Source of the DNA: Candidatus Iainarchaeum sp.
GTDB taxonomy: Archaea; Iainarchaeota; Iainarchaeia; Iainarchaeales; CSSED10-239
DNA length: 32,000 bases
Direction: 5' to 3'
Assembly (NCBI GenBank): GCA_028700115.1
Contig: JAQVTI010000007.1
Span: forward strand, 1 to 32,000
Position numbers and translations under genes: made by a program. The notes below the pieces were generated by a model that ran no database searches, was not told the DNA's origin, and worked only from the letters and a program-made list of their open reading frames with translations. Shown here one piece after another: positions 17,870 to 27,564 of the stretch (the first letter of the stretch is position 1; each line of letters starts with the position of its first letter).

Positions 17870-18787
17870 TTATAATTCTAATTTTTTAAAAAAATTAATT
17901 GCATTAATTGGATTAATTTGTAAATTTGACGAAAGTACAGGATCAATTAAATATATTTTTTTTGTATATATATTAATTAACGTATTTTTTGGATGAATAT
18001 CTTTAATATATGATTTTGATTTTTCATCAATTTTACTATTTTCAACCATTTTTGAAATTTTAAAAATATTATTTACTATATTATTATATTCTTTAAAAGA
18101 CAATATATTTTTATTAGTATTATATTTACTATTAAAAAAACTATTTAAACTATGTAAATTTGTATAATCCAAACAAATAAAATTTTTATAATCTCCATGA
18201 TTCATAATACCAGAAACATTTCTAGAAAAATATGCTAATTTTGGAGATATAATATCAAATCCAATAGATTCTAAAAATTTTAAACATATAAATTCTTCAA
18301 AACTTGGGGGGGATGTATCAAATCTTGCTTGTTTAATATAAAATTTATTAATTTTATTAGATTTATCTTTAATTAAAAGAAAATAAGAACATCCTGTATT
18401 TAATGAGTTTTCTGATTTAAATTTATCAATAGATTTTAATGATTTTGAAATTAAATAATTACCTTTTGGATCTTTTATTTTTTTTAAAGAAGGATCTTTA
18501 ATTAATTTTAAAAAAGAAGAAATTATACCTTTATTTTCTGAAAGCAATTTTTTAAAAGATAAATCATATGCTAAAGATTTTGTTCTAAATTGTCTAAAAT
18601 TAAAAGGGTATGCAGTTTTAGAATATTCTTTTTTAAAAGTATTATAATTTATTTTAAAATCTTTAAATTCTTTAAAAAAATTAACTTCAAAAATTCTTCT
18701 TAAAGGCATATCTTTATAAATTTTATAAGATAATAAATCTCTTTTTTTATTTATTAATTTTTTACCTATAGGACTATTAATTGGCAT
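17870..18787 (-). CDS. uncharacterised protein, possible minimal protein-kinase-like fold (paralog A of a tandem pair)
   Basis: 305 aa. Motifs KFYIKQ, SFEEF, NFICLDYTNL and KDIHPKNTLINIYTKKIYLIDP. Shares an identical 44-aa block LAYDLSFKKLLSENKGIISSFLKLIKDPSLKKIKDPKGNYLISK with paralog B. Confidence 0.6.
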   Translation of the reverse strand: MPINSPIGKKLINKKRDLLSYKIYKDMPLRRIFEVNFFKEFKDFKINYNTFKKEYSKTAYPFNFRQFRTKSLAYDLSFKKLLSENKGIISSFLKLIKDPSLKKIKDPKGNYLISKSLKSIDKFKSENSLNTGCSYFLLIKDKSNKINKFYIKQARFDTSPPSFEEFICLKFLESIGFDIISPKLAYFSRNVSGIMNHGDYKNFICLDYTNLHSLNSFFNSKYNTNKNILSFKEYNNIVNNIFKISKMVENSKIDEKSKSYIKDIHPKNTLINIYTKKIYLIDPVLSSNLQINPINAINFFKKLEL

Positions 18788-18925
18788 AAATAAATTTACA
18801 TAAGAATGTTTTTAAAATAATTTATTATTTTATATATTAATATAATAATCATAATTTATTTAATTAAATTATATTTATTATTTATTTTTAAAAATAAATT
18901 TTAATTTTATTAAAAAAATAAATTT

Positions 18926-19972
18926 TTAGTCAACAAATATTATTTCAGGTTTTTCTAAATCAAATAAATCTGTTGAATAAATATAAGCTCCTGCATTTAT
19001 AAAAAAAATTTTATCCCCAATCTTTGGTAAATTGCCTTCCTTAAAATAAACTCTATATCTAAAAATATCCTCAGAAGCAGGAGTTAATCCTTTTATAACA
19101 TAAGATTTACCTTTTTCTTCTAAATCTTCATTTTCTACTAATAATTTAATATTTGTTACAATTGTATCCATTGAACAATTATATACAGATGCATCTATAA
19201 ATAAATTATTTGAAACTATATTTTTTATAGTTGCAATTAGTTTACCACAAGGAGCAGCAATAGCTCTTCCAGGCTCAATAATTAATTTAATATTTAAATT
19301 ATTAAAATATGTTTTAATATCAATAATTTTTTTATAAATAGATTCAATTGCAGAAGGTGAAATGTTTTTATAATCAACAGGAATTCCTCCTCCAATATCT
19401 AAATAACTAATAGCTTCTAATGTTTCTGGCAGAAGAGAATCTGTTATTTCTCTAATTATTGACCATTCAGATAAATTTTGTGTTTTTCTATGAAAATGAA
19501 CTCCAAGAGAAGATATATTTAAATTATTTTTAAGTTTAAAAATATATTCATTAATCTCAGTTGAAAAAAATCCATAAACAAAATACCTACCTGTTGAGAC
19601 AGTGTATTCTTTAAGTCTCATTCTTAAAAATAAATTCACTTTTTTATTATTTTTTTTAATATATTCTAAAAAAAAATCTAAATCTTTTGAATTATCAATT
19701 ATAAAATTTATAATACCTTTTTTAAAAATTAAATTTAATTCTTCATAATCAGGACAATGAAGCATAAAATAAATTTTTAGATTATTTTTTATATATTTAA
19801 ATTCATTAACATGATGTATTAAAAATCTAGAAGAAGTATTTTCTTCTAAAATATTTGTAATATATGGATTAGACTTTACACTATATGAAACAATATCTGT
19901 AATCTTTTCTAAATTTTTATAAGATTCTAAAACTTTTTCTTTTGAAATTTCAAATCTTGCTTTTGAAAACAT
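18926..19972 (-). CDS. PLP-dependent decarboxylase of the Orn/DAP/Arg decarboxylase family (alanine-racemase fold); probable arginine or ornithine decarboxylase
   Basis: Contains YSVKSNP (PLP-Lys context), GVHFHRKT, LDIGGGIPV and EPGRAIAAPCG, the family's conserved blocks. At 348 aa it is short for the family. Substrate cannot be read from the sequence. Confidence 0.75.
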   Translation of the reverse strand: MFSKARFEISKEKVLESYKNLEKITDIVSYSVKSNPYITNILEENTSSRFLIHHVNEFKYIKNNLKIYFMLHCPDYEELNLIFKKGIINFIIDNSKDLDFFLEYIKKNNKKVNLFLRMRLKEYTVSTGRYFVYGFFSTEINEYIFKLKNNLNISSLGVHFHRKTQNLSEWSIIREITDSLLPETLEAISYLDIGGGIPVDYKNISPSAIESIYKKIIDIKTYFNNLNIKLIIEPGRAIAAPCGKLIATIKNIVSNNLFIDASVYNCSMDTIVTNIKLLVENEDLEEKGKSYVIKGLTPASEDIFRYRVYFKEGNLPKIGDKIFFINAGAYIYSTDLFDLEKPEIIFVD

Positions 19973-19976
19973 AATT

Positions 19977-20927
19977 TTATCCCTTATAATTTTTTAAAAG
20001 ACCATCTTCTTTTAAAGTTTCAATTGCAGAAATTAAAGCAAGTGGATATGTGATAGTAACATCTCCTATTACAGTCACAGCATCTGCTTCATCTTTTATT
20101 TTCCCCCAAGATTTAGCTTCATCTGTTGTTGCTCCTGATAAAGAACCAGATCTAGGAGAAGCTGTTGTCATATAAAGTGCATAATCAGCTCCACCATTAA
20201 TTAAAGTTGTAAGAATAACATGCTGTTTAGAAACACCACCACCTAAAGCAATTATTCCTTTTTTTTCATCATGACTTGTTGAAAAAATAATATTTTTAAA
20301 ATCATCAATAATATCTACTTGAAAATCAGGATGATCTTGCTTAAATAAAAATAAATGAAAACCCATAGATCCATCTGTAATTGCAGGACAAAAAATAGGA
20401 ACATTATTTTTAGCTGCTTGATATAAAATTGAATTTTCATCATTTAATTTAAGCCCAATTTCTTTTAACATTTCTGAAATAGTCCAAGATTTTTTAAGAT
20501 TATATAATTCTAATAATATATCTTGTAATTTTGCTTCTAATGATGAATAATTTTTACTAGTAATATATATATTCCCAACTCTATTTTGACCTCTTTCATA
20601 AAGTTCTTGATCATTTGAAGAAAATGATCCTAAAATAAATTTATCTCCAAAAGCTTTCATAATATCTTCTTCAATAGAACCTACAGTTGTAACAATTATA
20701 TCACAAAGTCCAAGCTTAATATTTTGTGCAAAAAATCCTCTAAGTCCAGAAGTAACCATATTTGATGTAAATGACAAATATATTTTTGCACCATTTTTTT
20801 TCATTTTAATAATTAAATCTGAAGCTTTTTTTAATTCATAAGATTGAAAACCGATAGATCCATAAGCATTAACTAAATCTTTAACATTTAGATTTTCTTT
20901 CCAAATAAAATCTTCTGTATATTGCAT
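19977..20927 (-). CDS. dys: deoxyhypusine synthase
   Basis: Contains FTSNMVTSGLRG, IVTTVGSIEEDI and ALGGGVSKQHV (catalytic Lys context GGGxxKHH-like). Length 316 aa. Its stop lies 4 nt before the decarboxylase start. Confidence 0.9.
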   Translation of the reverse strand: MQYTEDFIWKENLNVKDLVNAYGSIGFQSYELKKASDLIIKMKKNGAKIYLSFTSNMVTSGLRGFFAQNIKLGLCDIIVTTVGSIEEDIMKAFGDKFILGSFSSNDQELYERGQNRVGNIYITSKNYSSLEAKLQDILLELYNLKKSWTISEMLKEIGLKLNDENSILYQAAKNNVPIFCPAITDGSMGFHLFLFKQDHPDFQVDIIDDFKNIIFSTSHDEKKGIIALGGGVSKQHVILTTLINGGADYALYMTTASPRSGSLSGATTDEAKSWGKIKDEADAVTVIGDVTITYPLALISAIETLKEDGLLKNYKG

Positions 20928-21086
20928 ATTTTATCAAATTTTTAATTTTTTAAAAAATTTATATTAATTTTATTAAAAAAACATAAATTAAAAACAATTA
21001 TAAATAAGTTTTACTAATATATATTTATAGAATACATTTACTTTTAAATATATATGTAAATTGAGGTTTTTTAATTAAAATATTTT

Positions 21087-21509
21087 ATGGATACAAAAAT
21101 TTGTGTAGGTGCAATAATTTATAATGACAAAAAAGAAATATTTCTAATGACTTCTATTAAATGGAAAGGTTATATTGTTCCAGGTGGAGAAATATTAAAT
21201 AATGAAACAGAAATAAATGCATTAAAAAGAACTATTTTTAAAAAACTTGGAATAGAAATTGAAAATATCCAAAAAATAGGAGAAAAAATTAAGCAACCAA
21301 GTTCTGATTTTATTAAAAATAATTCTTTAAGATTTAAGTTTATTGACTTTTTTGCAAAAGCAAAATCTAATGATATTGAGATAAATAAAGATATTAAAAC
21401 ATATAATTGGTTTAATATAGATTATGCTTTAAAAAATTTAGAATTATTAGATACAACTAGAGAATTTATTGAAACATTTAAATTATATCTTAGTGCAGAA
21501 TTAATTTAA
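21087..21509 (+). CDS. Nudix-fold protein with a degenerate Nudix box
   Basis: PGGEILNNETEINALKRTIFKKLGI fits G-x5-E-x7-R of the Nudix box. The REUxEE acidic residues are replaced by RTIFKK. Confidence 0.5.
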   Translation: MDTKICVGAIIYNDKKEIFLMTSIKWKGYIVPGGEILNNETEINALKRTIFKKLGIEIENIQKIGEKIKQPSSDFIKNNSLRFKFIDFFAKAKSNDIEINKDIKTYNWFNIDYALKNLELLDTTREFIETFKLYLSAELI

Positions 21510-21532
21510 AAAAATATAATTTATAAAAAAAA

Positions 21533-22135
21533 TTAATCAAAAGTAGAAAAAGAAAGATCTAATTTTTTATTTGATAAAAAAAAATCTAAAATTTGTATTT
21601 CATCTTGTATACCATTATTATGCATGATTGCTTGAAATTTTAGAAATAAATTATTTGTTGCAAGAACATCAGACATTGCTCTATGTGCATTTTTATTTTC
21701 TATATTAAAATAATTACATAATGAATTAAGTCTACAACTAACTATTTTAGGGAATATTTTTTTTGCAAGTTTATATGTACAAAGTGTTTTATTATCTATT
21801 TCTAAATTTAAATATTTATTTAAATTATTTTTCAAAAAAGAATAATCAAAATTTATATTATGCCCAACAATAATAGAATCTTTTAAAAAATTATTTAAAT
21901 CTGGTAAAACTTTATCAATTGTTTTTTGTCTATAAACCATTGAATCTGTAATTCCTGTAATTTCAGTAATTTGTACCGGAATTGGTATTTCTGGATTTAC
22001 TAAACATTCAAATTTATCTATAATTTTATTATTTTTAACTTTAATTGCAGCAATTTCTGTAATTTTATCTTTTTGAGGAGAAAGACCTGTTGTCTCTAAA
22101 TCTATTACTGTATATTTTTCTAGCATAAATACCAT
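21533..22135 (-). CDS. DEDDh 3'-5' exonuclease (DnaQ/epsilon-like)
   Basis: Exo I VIDLETTGL, Exo II VGHNINFDYSFL and Exo III HRAMSDVLAT. Confidence 0.8.
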   Translation of the reverse strand: MVFMLEKYTVIDLETTGLSPQKDKITEIAAIKVKNNKIIDKFECLVNPEIPIPVQITEITGITDSMVYRQKTIDKVLPDLNNFLKDSIIVGHNINFDYSFLKNNLNKYLNLEIDNKTLCTYKLAKKIFPKIVSCRLNSLCNYFNIENKNAHRAMSDVLATNNLFLKFQAIMHNNGIQDEIQILDFFLSNKKLDLSFSTFD

Positions 22136-22257
22136 ACTTTATATAAATATTTAAAAAAAGTATAATTTTAAATAAAATATTTATTTTAAAAAATGTAGTT
22201 GAAAATATTTAAAAAGAGAATGATTTAAAATACAAATAATTTATTTTAAAAATATTT

Positions 22258-22298
22258 GAAAAGAAAAAAAGAAAAAGATACTTTTTAAAAGTATCTTT
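22258..22298 (-). terminator. palindromic hairpin plus T-tract immediately downstream of ftsZ
   Basis: Arms 22274-22285 AAAGATACTTTT and 22287-22298 AAAAGTATCTTT are perfect complements. On the minus strand the hairpin is followed by TTTTTCTTTTTTTCTTTTC. It lies about 30 nt after the ftsZ stop. Confidence 0.5.
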
Positions 22299-22329
22299 AT
22301 TTTTAATATTATTTATGTTTAATAGAAAT

Positions 22330-23439
22330 CTATAAAATATCTAAACCATAATTATCATCATAAGATTTAGAAAATTTTTGCCCAGAATTTTTTCCAGTAA
22401 ACATTTTACTTCCTTTTATAAATGGAGATTTTACCCCAGTAAATATAGCAATTACTTCAATTTTATTTTCAAAAGTAGGATCTATTCTAGCACCCCAAAT
22501 AACAGCAGCATTTGCATCTATATTTTCAGTTAATAATTCTCCAACACTATTTGCTTCTCCTAAAGTTAATTCAGTTCCGCCAGTAATATGTATTAAACAC
22601 CCAGTAGCCCCATTAATATCAACATCTAAAAGAGCATTTTTTAAAGTATCTTCAACAACTTCTTCAACTTTATTTACTGATTGTGATTCTCCAACTGCAA
22701 TAACAGAAAGACCTTTTCCACCCATAACTGTTCTAATATCTGCATAATCTAAATTAATTAATGAAGGCTGTGTAATTGTTTCTGTTATTCCTCTAACTGT
22801 TCTTGCAATAACTTCATCTGCTACTTTAAAAGCATCTTGCATTGGTAAATTTGGAACTAATTCAACAAGTCTGTTATTATCAATTACAACAACTGTATCA
22901 CATACATCTTTCATTACATCAATTCCTTCTTCTGCTTTAATTAATCTTGCTCTTTCAAGTGCAAAAGGATATGTTACTATTGCAATAACAATTGCTCCTT
23001 GTGATTTTGCAATTTGTGCAACAACAGGAGCTGCTCCAGTTCCAGTTCCTCCACCCATTCCAGCTGTTATAAAAAGCATATCTACTCCATCTAAAACTTC
23101 TTCTAAAGCTCCTTTAGAAACTTCAGCAGCTTTTGCTCCAATTTCAGGATATGCTCCTGCTCCAAGTCCATTAGTTACAGACTTTCCAATTAATAATTTT
23201 GTAATATCATCTGAAATAATCCCTAAATGTTGTCTATCTGTGTTAATTGCAACTAATTGTGCTCCAGAAACACCCATAGAACATATTCTATTTACAGAAT
23301 TATTTCCTGCCCCACCAATTCCAATAACCATAATTTTTGGTGCTGCAAATTCAGATTCTTTAAAAGTTTGTTCTTCTGAAGAACTTCTTTTATGTTCAAC
23401 AGCATTTTCAACAATAGATCTCAAAAGACCACCCCACAT
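22330..23439 (-). CDS. ftsZ: cell division protein FtsZ
   Basis: GIGGAGNN and the tubulin signature GMGGGTGTGAAPVVA. Full FtsZ N- and C-terminal domains. Noticeably higher GC than its neighbours. Confidence 0.95.
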   Translation of the reverse strand: MWGGLLRSIVENAVEHKRSSSEEQTFKESEFAAPKIMVIGIGGAGNNSVNRICSMGVSGAQLVAINTDRQHLGIISDDITKLLIGKSVTNGLGAGAYPEIGAKAAEVSKGALEEVLDGVDMLFITAGMGGGTGTGAAPVVAQIAKSQGAIVIAIVTYPFALERARLIKAEEGIDVMKDVCDTVVVIDNNRLVELVPNLPMQDAFKVADEVIARTVRGITETITQPSLINLDYADIRTVMGGKGLSVIAVGESQSVNKVEEVVEDTLKNALLDVDINGATGCLIHITGGTELTLGEANSVGELLTENIDANAAVIWGARIDPTFENKIEVIAIFTGVKSPFIKGSKMFTGKNSGQKFSKSYDDNYGLDIL

Positions 23440-23591
23440 TTTTATAATTAATATTATTTATTTTTAAAAGGTTTAAATAAGAAAATAACCTCAAAATACA
23501 TTTTTTTTTAGAAATAAATAGATTTAAACATTTATTTCAATGTTATATATATAATACAAAGGCTTTTTAAATATATCGTATATTAAAGTAC

Positions 23592-23869
23592 TTGTACAGG
23601 CTATCTGGGGGGTTTGTAGTCCCTTATTATACCGGAAACCTACACATGCCGGAGAGAAGTTGTTTGAAGGGAAATAAGCAATAAAATATAACTTTATAAA
23701 ATTGCTGAAAGTTCGTCCATTAAGATCGAATATTTAACTAATCCTGTCAGATCCGGAAGGAAGCAGCAGTAAATTAAATATTTGATGCTTTTTGGGGTTG
23801 CGGGCTGGAGATTTTATAATAGTTTTTATTTTATTGGACTGTTTTTCGACATTCAACACGCCTGTACAA
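23592..23869 (+). ncRNA. ffs: signal recognition particle 7S RNA
   Basis: The 5' TTGTACAGGC and 3' GCCTGTACAA are perfect complements (terminal helix). The conserved helix-8 string CCTGTCAGATCCGGAAGGAAGCAGCAG is present. The 5' region is G-rich and Alu-like (CTGGGGGG). TTTTTAAATATA TATA-like box about 25 nt upstream. Confidence 0.85.
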
Positions 23870-24176
23870 TTAATATATTCTATTTTTATATTATAAAATT
23901 AATTATAATAATTCTAATCAAATAATAAAAAATATATTAATATAAGTTAACAACTCAAATAAATTTACAAAAAGTGTTATAATACCTCATTATTTTAAAA
24001 AAAATGTTTAAATACATCTAAATTTAAAAATACCCCAAAATAAAACTATTTATGTTTTAATTTTAAATATTTTTTATAAATATAATAGAATTTTTAAATA
24101 TTATTATATATATTATAATAAAACAATACAAATATATTAACCAAAATAAAAAAAATACAAACAGGAGTTGTATAAA

Positions 24177-26099
24177 ATGTTAAAACAAAAAATAAAAATA
24201 AAATTTCCAGATAATTCAATTAGAGAAATTGAATCTGGAAAAACAGCTGAAGATATAATAAAGGAAGAAATTGGAGAAAGTTTACTTCAAGTAGCAATAG
24301 CTGTACAAATAAATAATGATATTAAAGATATAACAACTCCTATAACGAATAATTGTAATTTTAAAGTATTAACTTTTAAAGATAAAGAAGGAAAAGAAAT
24401 TTTTTGGCATTCATCATCACACATTTTAGCACTTGCAGTAAAAAGATTATTTCCAGAAGTTAAATTAACAATAGGTCCAGCAATTGAAAATGGTTTTTAT
24501 TATGATTTTGATATAGAAAAAGCATTCTCTGAAGAAGATTTACAAAAAATAGAATTAGAAGCAAAAAAAATAATTAAAGAAAAATTAGTTTTTAAAAGAA
24601 TTGAAGTAAATCTAAATGAAGCTAAAGAAAAAGCAAAAAATGAACCTTATAAATTAGAATTAATAAATGAAATAGAAAGTAAAGATGAAAAAATTAGTTT
24701 TTATTATCTAGGAGATGAATTTATTGATCTTTGTAAAGGACCACATATTAAACATTCAGGAAAAATAAAAAGTTTTAAAATTCTTAAAAATTCAGGTGCA
24801 TATTGGAGAGGAAATTCAGAAAACAAACAACTTCAAAGAATTTATGGGATTTCTTTTTCAACAAAAGAAGAAATGCAAAAATATCTTATAATATTAGATG
24901 AAGCTACAAAAAGAGATCATAGAAAAATTGGAAAAGAACTTGATCTATATTCATTTCATGAAGAAGCTCCTGGTATGCCTTTTTTCCATGATAAAGGATC
25001 TTTTATTTGGGATAAATTAGTTGAATATGTTTCTGAAATAATGTTTAAAAGAAATTATGAAATAAATAAAACCCCAATTATTTTAAATAAAAATTTATGG
25101 CTTCAGTCAGGTCATTGGGATCATTATCAAAATAATATGTATTTTACAAAAATAGATAAACAAGATTTTGCAGTAAAACCAATGAATTGCCCAGGAAATA
25201 TATTAATTTATAAATCACATCAATATTCTTATAAAGATTTACCTATAAGAGCAGGAGAATTTGGTTTAGTTCATAGACATGAACTTTCTGGAGCTCTTTC
25301 TGGTTTATTTAGAGTAAGAGCATTTACTCAAGATGATGCCCATGTTTTTTGTACAGAAGAACAAATAAAAGATGAAGTTAAAGATTTAATTGACTTTATG
25401 GATGAAGTATATAAAAAATTTGGATTTGAATATTCAATGGAACTTTCAACAAAACCAGAAAAAGCAATGGGTTCTGAAAAATTATGGGAACTTGCAGAAA
25501 AAACTTTAAAAGAAGTTTTAGATGAAACTAAAAAAGAATATAAATTAAATCCTGGAGATGGAGCTTTTTATGGACCAAAAATAGATTTCCATCTAAAAGA
25601 TGCAATCGGTAGAACATGGCAATGTGGAACTATACAATTAGATTTTCAAATGCCAGAAAAATTTGATTTAACTTATGAATCTAGAAATAATGAAAAAAAA
25701 AGACCTGTTATGCTTCATAGAGCAGTTTTAGGAAGTGTAGAAAGATTTATGGGTATTTTAGTAGAACATTTTGAAGGTAAATTTCCATTATGGATATCTC
25801 CTCTTCAAATAGCAATCTTACCAATTGCAGATAGACATTTAGATTATTCTAAAAAAATTGCAAAACAATTAAAAGAAAAAGGCTTTAGAATAGAAATAAA
25901 TGATAAAGCAGAGACAATGAATAAAAAAATAAGAAATGCACAAATTAAAAAAATAAATTATATCCTAGTTATAGGAGATAAAGAAGAACAAAATCAAACA
26001 GTAAATATAAGAACAAGAGATGAAAAAATAATTGGAGAAAAATCAATTAATAATTTTATAAATGAACTTATAGAAGAAATTAAAGAAAAAAAATTATAA
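24177..26099 (+). CDS. thrS: threonyl-tRNA synthetase (TGS + editing/second additional domain + class II core + anticodon-binding domain)
   Basis: Contains WHSSSHILALAVKRLF (HxxxH of the editing/SAD domain), FRVRAFTQDDAHVF, GAFYGPKIDF and the C-terminal anticodon-binding domain. The track start 24168 is TTG. The ATG at 24177 is preceded by CAGGAG. Confidence 0.93.
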   Translation: MLKQKIKIKFPDNSIREIESGKTAEDIIKEEIGESLLQVAIAVQINNDIKDITTPITNNCNFKVLTFKDKEGKEIFWHSSSHILALAVKRLFPEVKLTIGPAIENGFYYDFDIEKAFSEEDLQKIELEAKKIIKEKLVFKRIEVNLNEAKEKAKNEPYKLELINEIESKDEKISFYYLGDEFIDLCKGPHIKHSGKIKSFKILKNSGAYWRGNSENKQLQRIYGISFSTKEEMQKYLIILDEATKRDHRKIGKELDLYSFHEEAPGMPFFHDKGSFIWDKLVEYVSEIMFKRNYEINKTPIILNKNLWLQSGHWDHYQNNMYFTKIDKQDFAVKPMNCPGNILIYKSHQYSYKDLPIRAGEFGLVHRHELSGALSGLFRVRAFTQDDAHVFCTEEQIKDEVKDLIDFMDEVYKKFGFEYSMELSTKPEKAMGSEKLWELAEKTLKEVLDETKKEYKLNPGDGAFYGPKIDFHLKDAIGRTWQCGTIQLDFQMPEKFDLTYESRNNEKKRPVMLHRAVLGSVERFMGILVEHFEGKFPLWISPLQIAILPIADRHLDYSKKIAKQLKEKGFRIEINDKAETMNKKIRNAQIKKINYILVIGDKEEQNQTVNIRTRDEKIIGEKSINNFINELIEEIKEKKL

Positions 26100-26158
26100 A
26101 TTTATAAGCATTTTATAAATAATATTTTTTCTTATTTTTTATTTTATTATTTATTTTT

Positions 26159-27463
26159 TTATTTATTTTTTATTATTTTAATATGTCTAAAAATATGTTT
26201 TTCTCTTAAAAAATATATTAAAATACCAATAAACATTATAGAAAGTGTAATAAATCCAATTACTATATTAAATTCAAGTAAAAATATAAATGTAAAAATA
26301 CAACCTAAAGTTGCAAGTATTGGTAAATGTCCAATATTTAATGGGACTCTGAAATAATTTTTTATTTTTAATTTATTTTTATCTTTAAATCTAATTATAA
26401 TCAATGATAAATTTACTAAAAAAAATATTAATAAAGAACCAAAATCAGTAATTTCAGTTATAAATTTCAATTGAGATAAAATCACAAAAAATAAAACAAA
26501 TAAAATTACAACAATTAAAGAAATATAAGGAGTATTATTTTTAGAAACTTTAGTAAATATTTCAGGTAAAGCTTTTTTTTCACTCATCCCAAAAATCATT
26601 CTAGATGATGAAAATATCATAATTAAAACAGTACTCCCAGTTGCAGCAAGTGCAATTATACTTAAAATAATTCCTCCTAAATTACCTAAAGTAATATTTG
26701 CAACTTGTGTAATTGCAGAATTTGTCATTTGTGAAAAAGGTATTACATTAACAGCAACTAAACAAACTAAAGCATATAAAACAGAAGCAATTACTAAAGA
26801 AATAATTATTGCTTTTGGAATATTTTTTTTAGGATTTTTAGATTCTTCAGAAAGACTAGAAACATCTTCAAATCCTAAAAATGCAAAAAATATTAATGCA
26901 GCTGCAGAAATAATTCCATTAAATCCAAATGTAAATTCAAATACATTTACAGTACCTATACTTCCAATTCCTGAAAAAATAATAGCTAAAAGACCTAAAA
27001 TTGTTAAAATTACAAAAACGGTTGCAAATTTCATTGTTCCTTTTACACTATATAAATTTATTAAAAAAGATAAAATTAAAATAATTAAAGCACCAACCAA
27101 AATAGGTAAATTAAAAAGTATTAAAAAATATTCCCCAAAACCTAAAGCAATTACAGAAATTGCAGAAATCATTACAAATACTTTTAAAAAACCTAATCCA
27201 AATGAAAACCATTTTTTATTAAATGCATTTTCAGAATAAGTATATTCCGCAGAATCTGTGGGATATCTTGAAGAAAGCTCAGCATATGAAAGACCAGTAA
27301 AACTTGCAACAATAGCAGCAATAATAAATGAAAGCCAAGTAGCATTTCCTGCAACTTGTGTTGCAAGACCAACTAAAACAAATATTCCAGCACCAATTAT
27401 TACACTTAAAGTGTATATTATAGTTTCAAATAAAGTTATATTTTTTTTTAAATTTTTTTCCAT
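26159..27463 (-). CDS. APC-superfamily amino acid/polyamine permease
   Basis: About 12 TM helices. N-terminal IIGAGIFVL..G motif and overall layout typical of amino acid/polyamine/organocation transporters. Confidence 0.75.
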   Translation of the reverse strand: MEKNLKKNITLFETIIYTLSVIIGAGIFVLVGLATQVAGNATWLSFIIAAIVASFTGLSYAELSSRYPTDSAEYTYSENAFNKKWFSFGLGFLKVFVMISAISVIALGFGEYFLILFNLPILVGALIILILSFLINLYSVKGTMKFATVFVILTILGLLAIIFSGIGSIGTVNVFEFTFGFNGIISAAALIFFAFLGFEDVSSLSEESKNPKKNIPKAIIISLVIASVLYALVCLVAVNVIPFSQMTNSAITQVANITLGNLGGIILSIIALAATGSTVLIMIFSSSRMIFGMSEKKALPEIFTKVSKNNTPYISLIVVILFVLFFVILSQLKFITEITDFGSLLIFFLVNLSLIIIRFKDKNKLKIKNYFRVPLNIGHLPILATLGCIFTFIFLLEFNIVIGFITLSIMFIGILIYFLREKHIFRHIKIIKNK

Positions 27464-27564
27464 AAATATTCATTTTTTATAATTTTATAATTAATTATAT
27501 TATCTTTACAAAATAGTTATAGAAAAAACATATAAAGATATCTTAAATATAAAATAGAATAAAA

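Noticed and set aside
17515-18574. Diversity-generating retroelement (template/variable repeat pair)
   Set aside because: Both near-identical blocks lie in the middle of coding sequences. The three differences are synonymous and not adenine-specific. No reverse transcriptase gene is present in the window.
18788-18925. Possible hidden small gene or RNA in the 138-nt gap inside the dys-speB string
   Set aside because: The gap is pure AT-rich sequence with no ORF, no GC-rich stem and no repeat. It is most simply an internal promoter or spacer.
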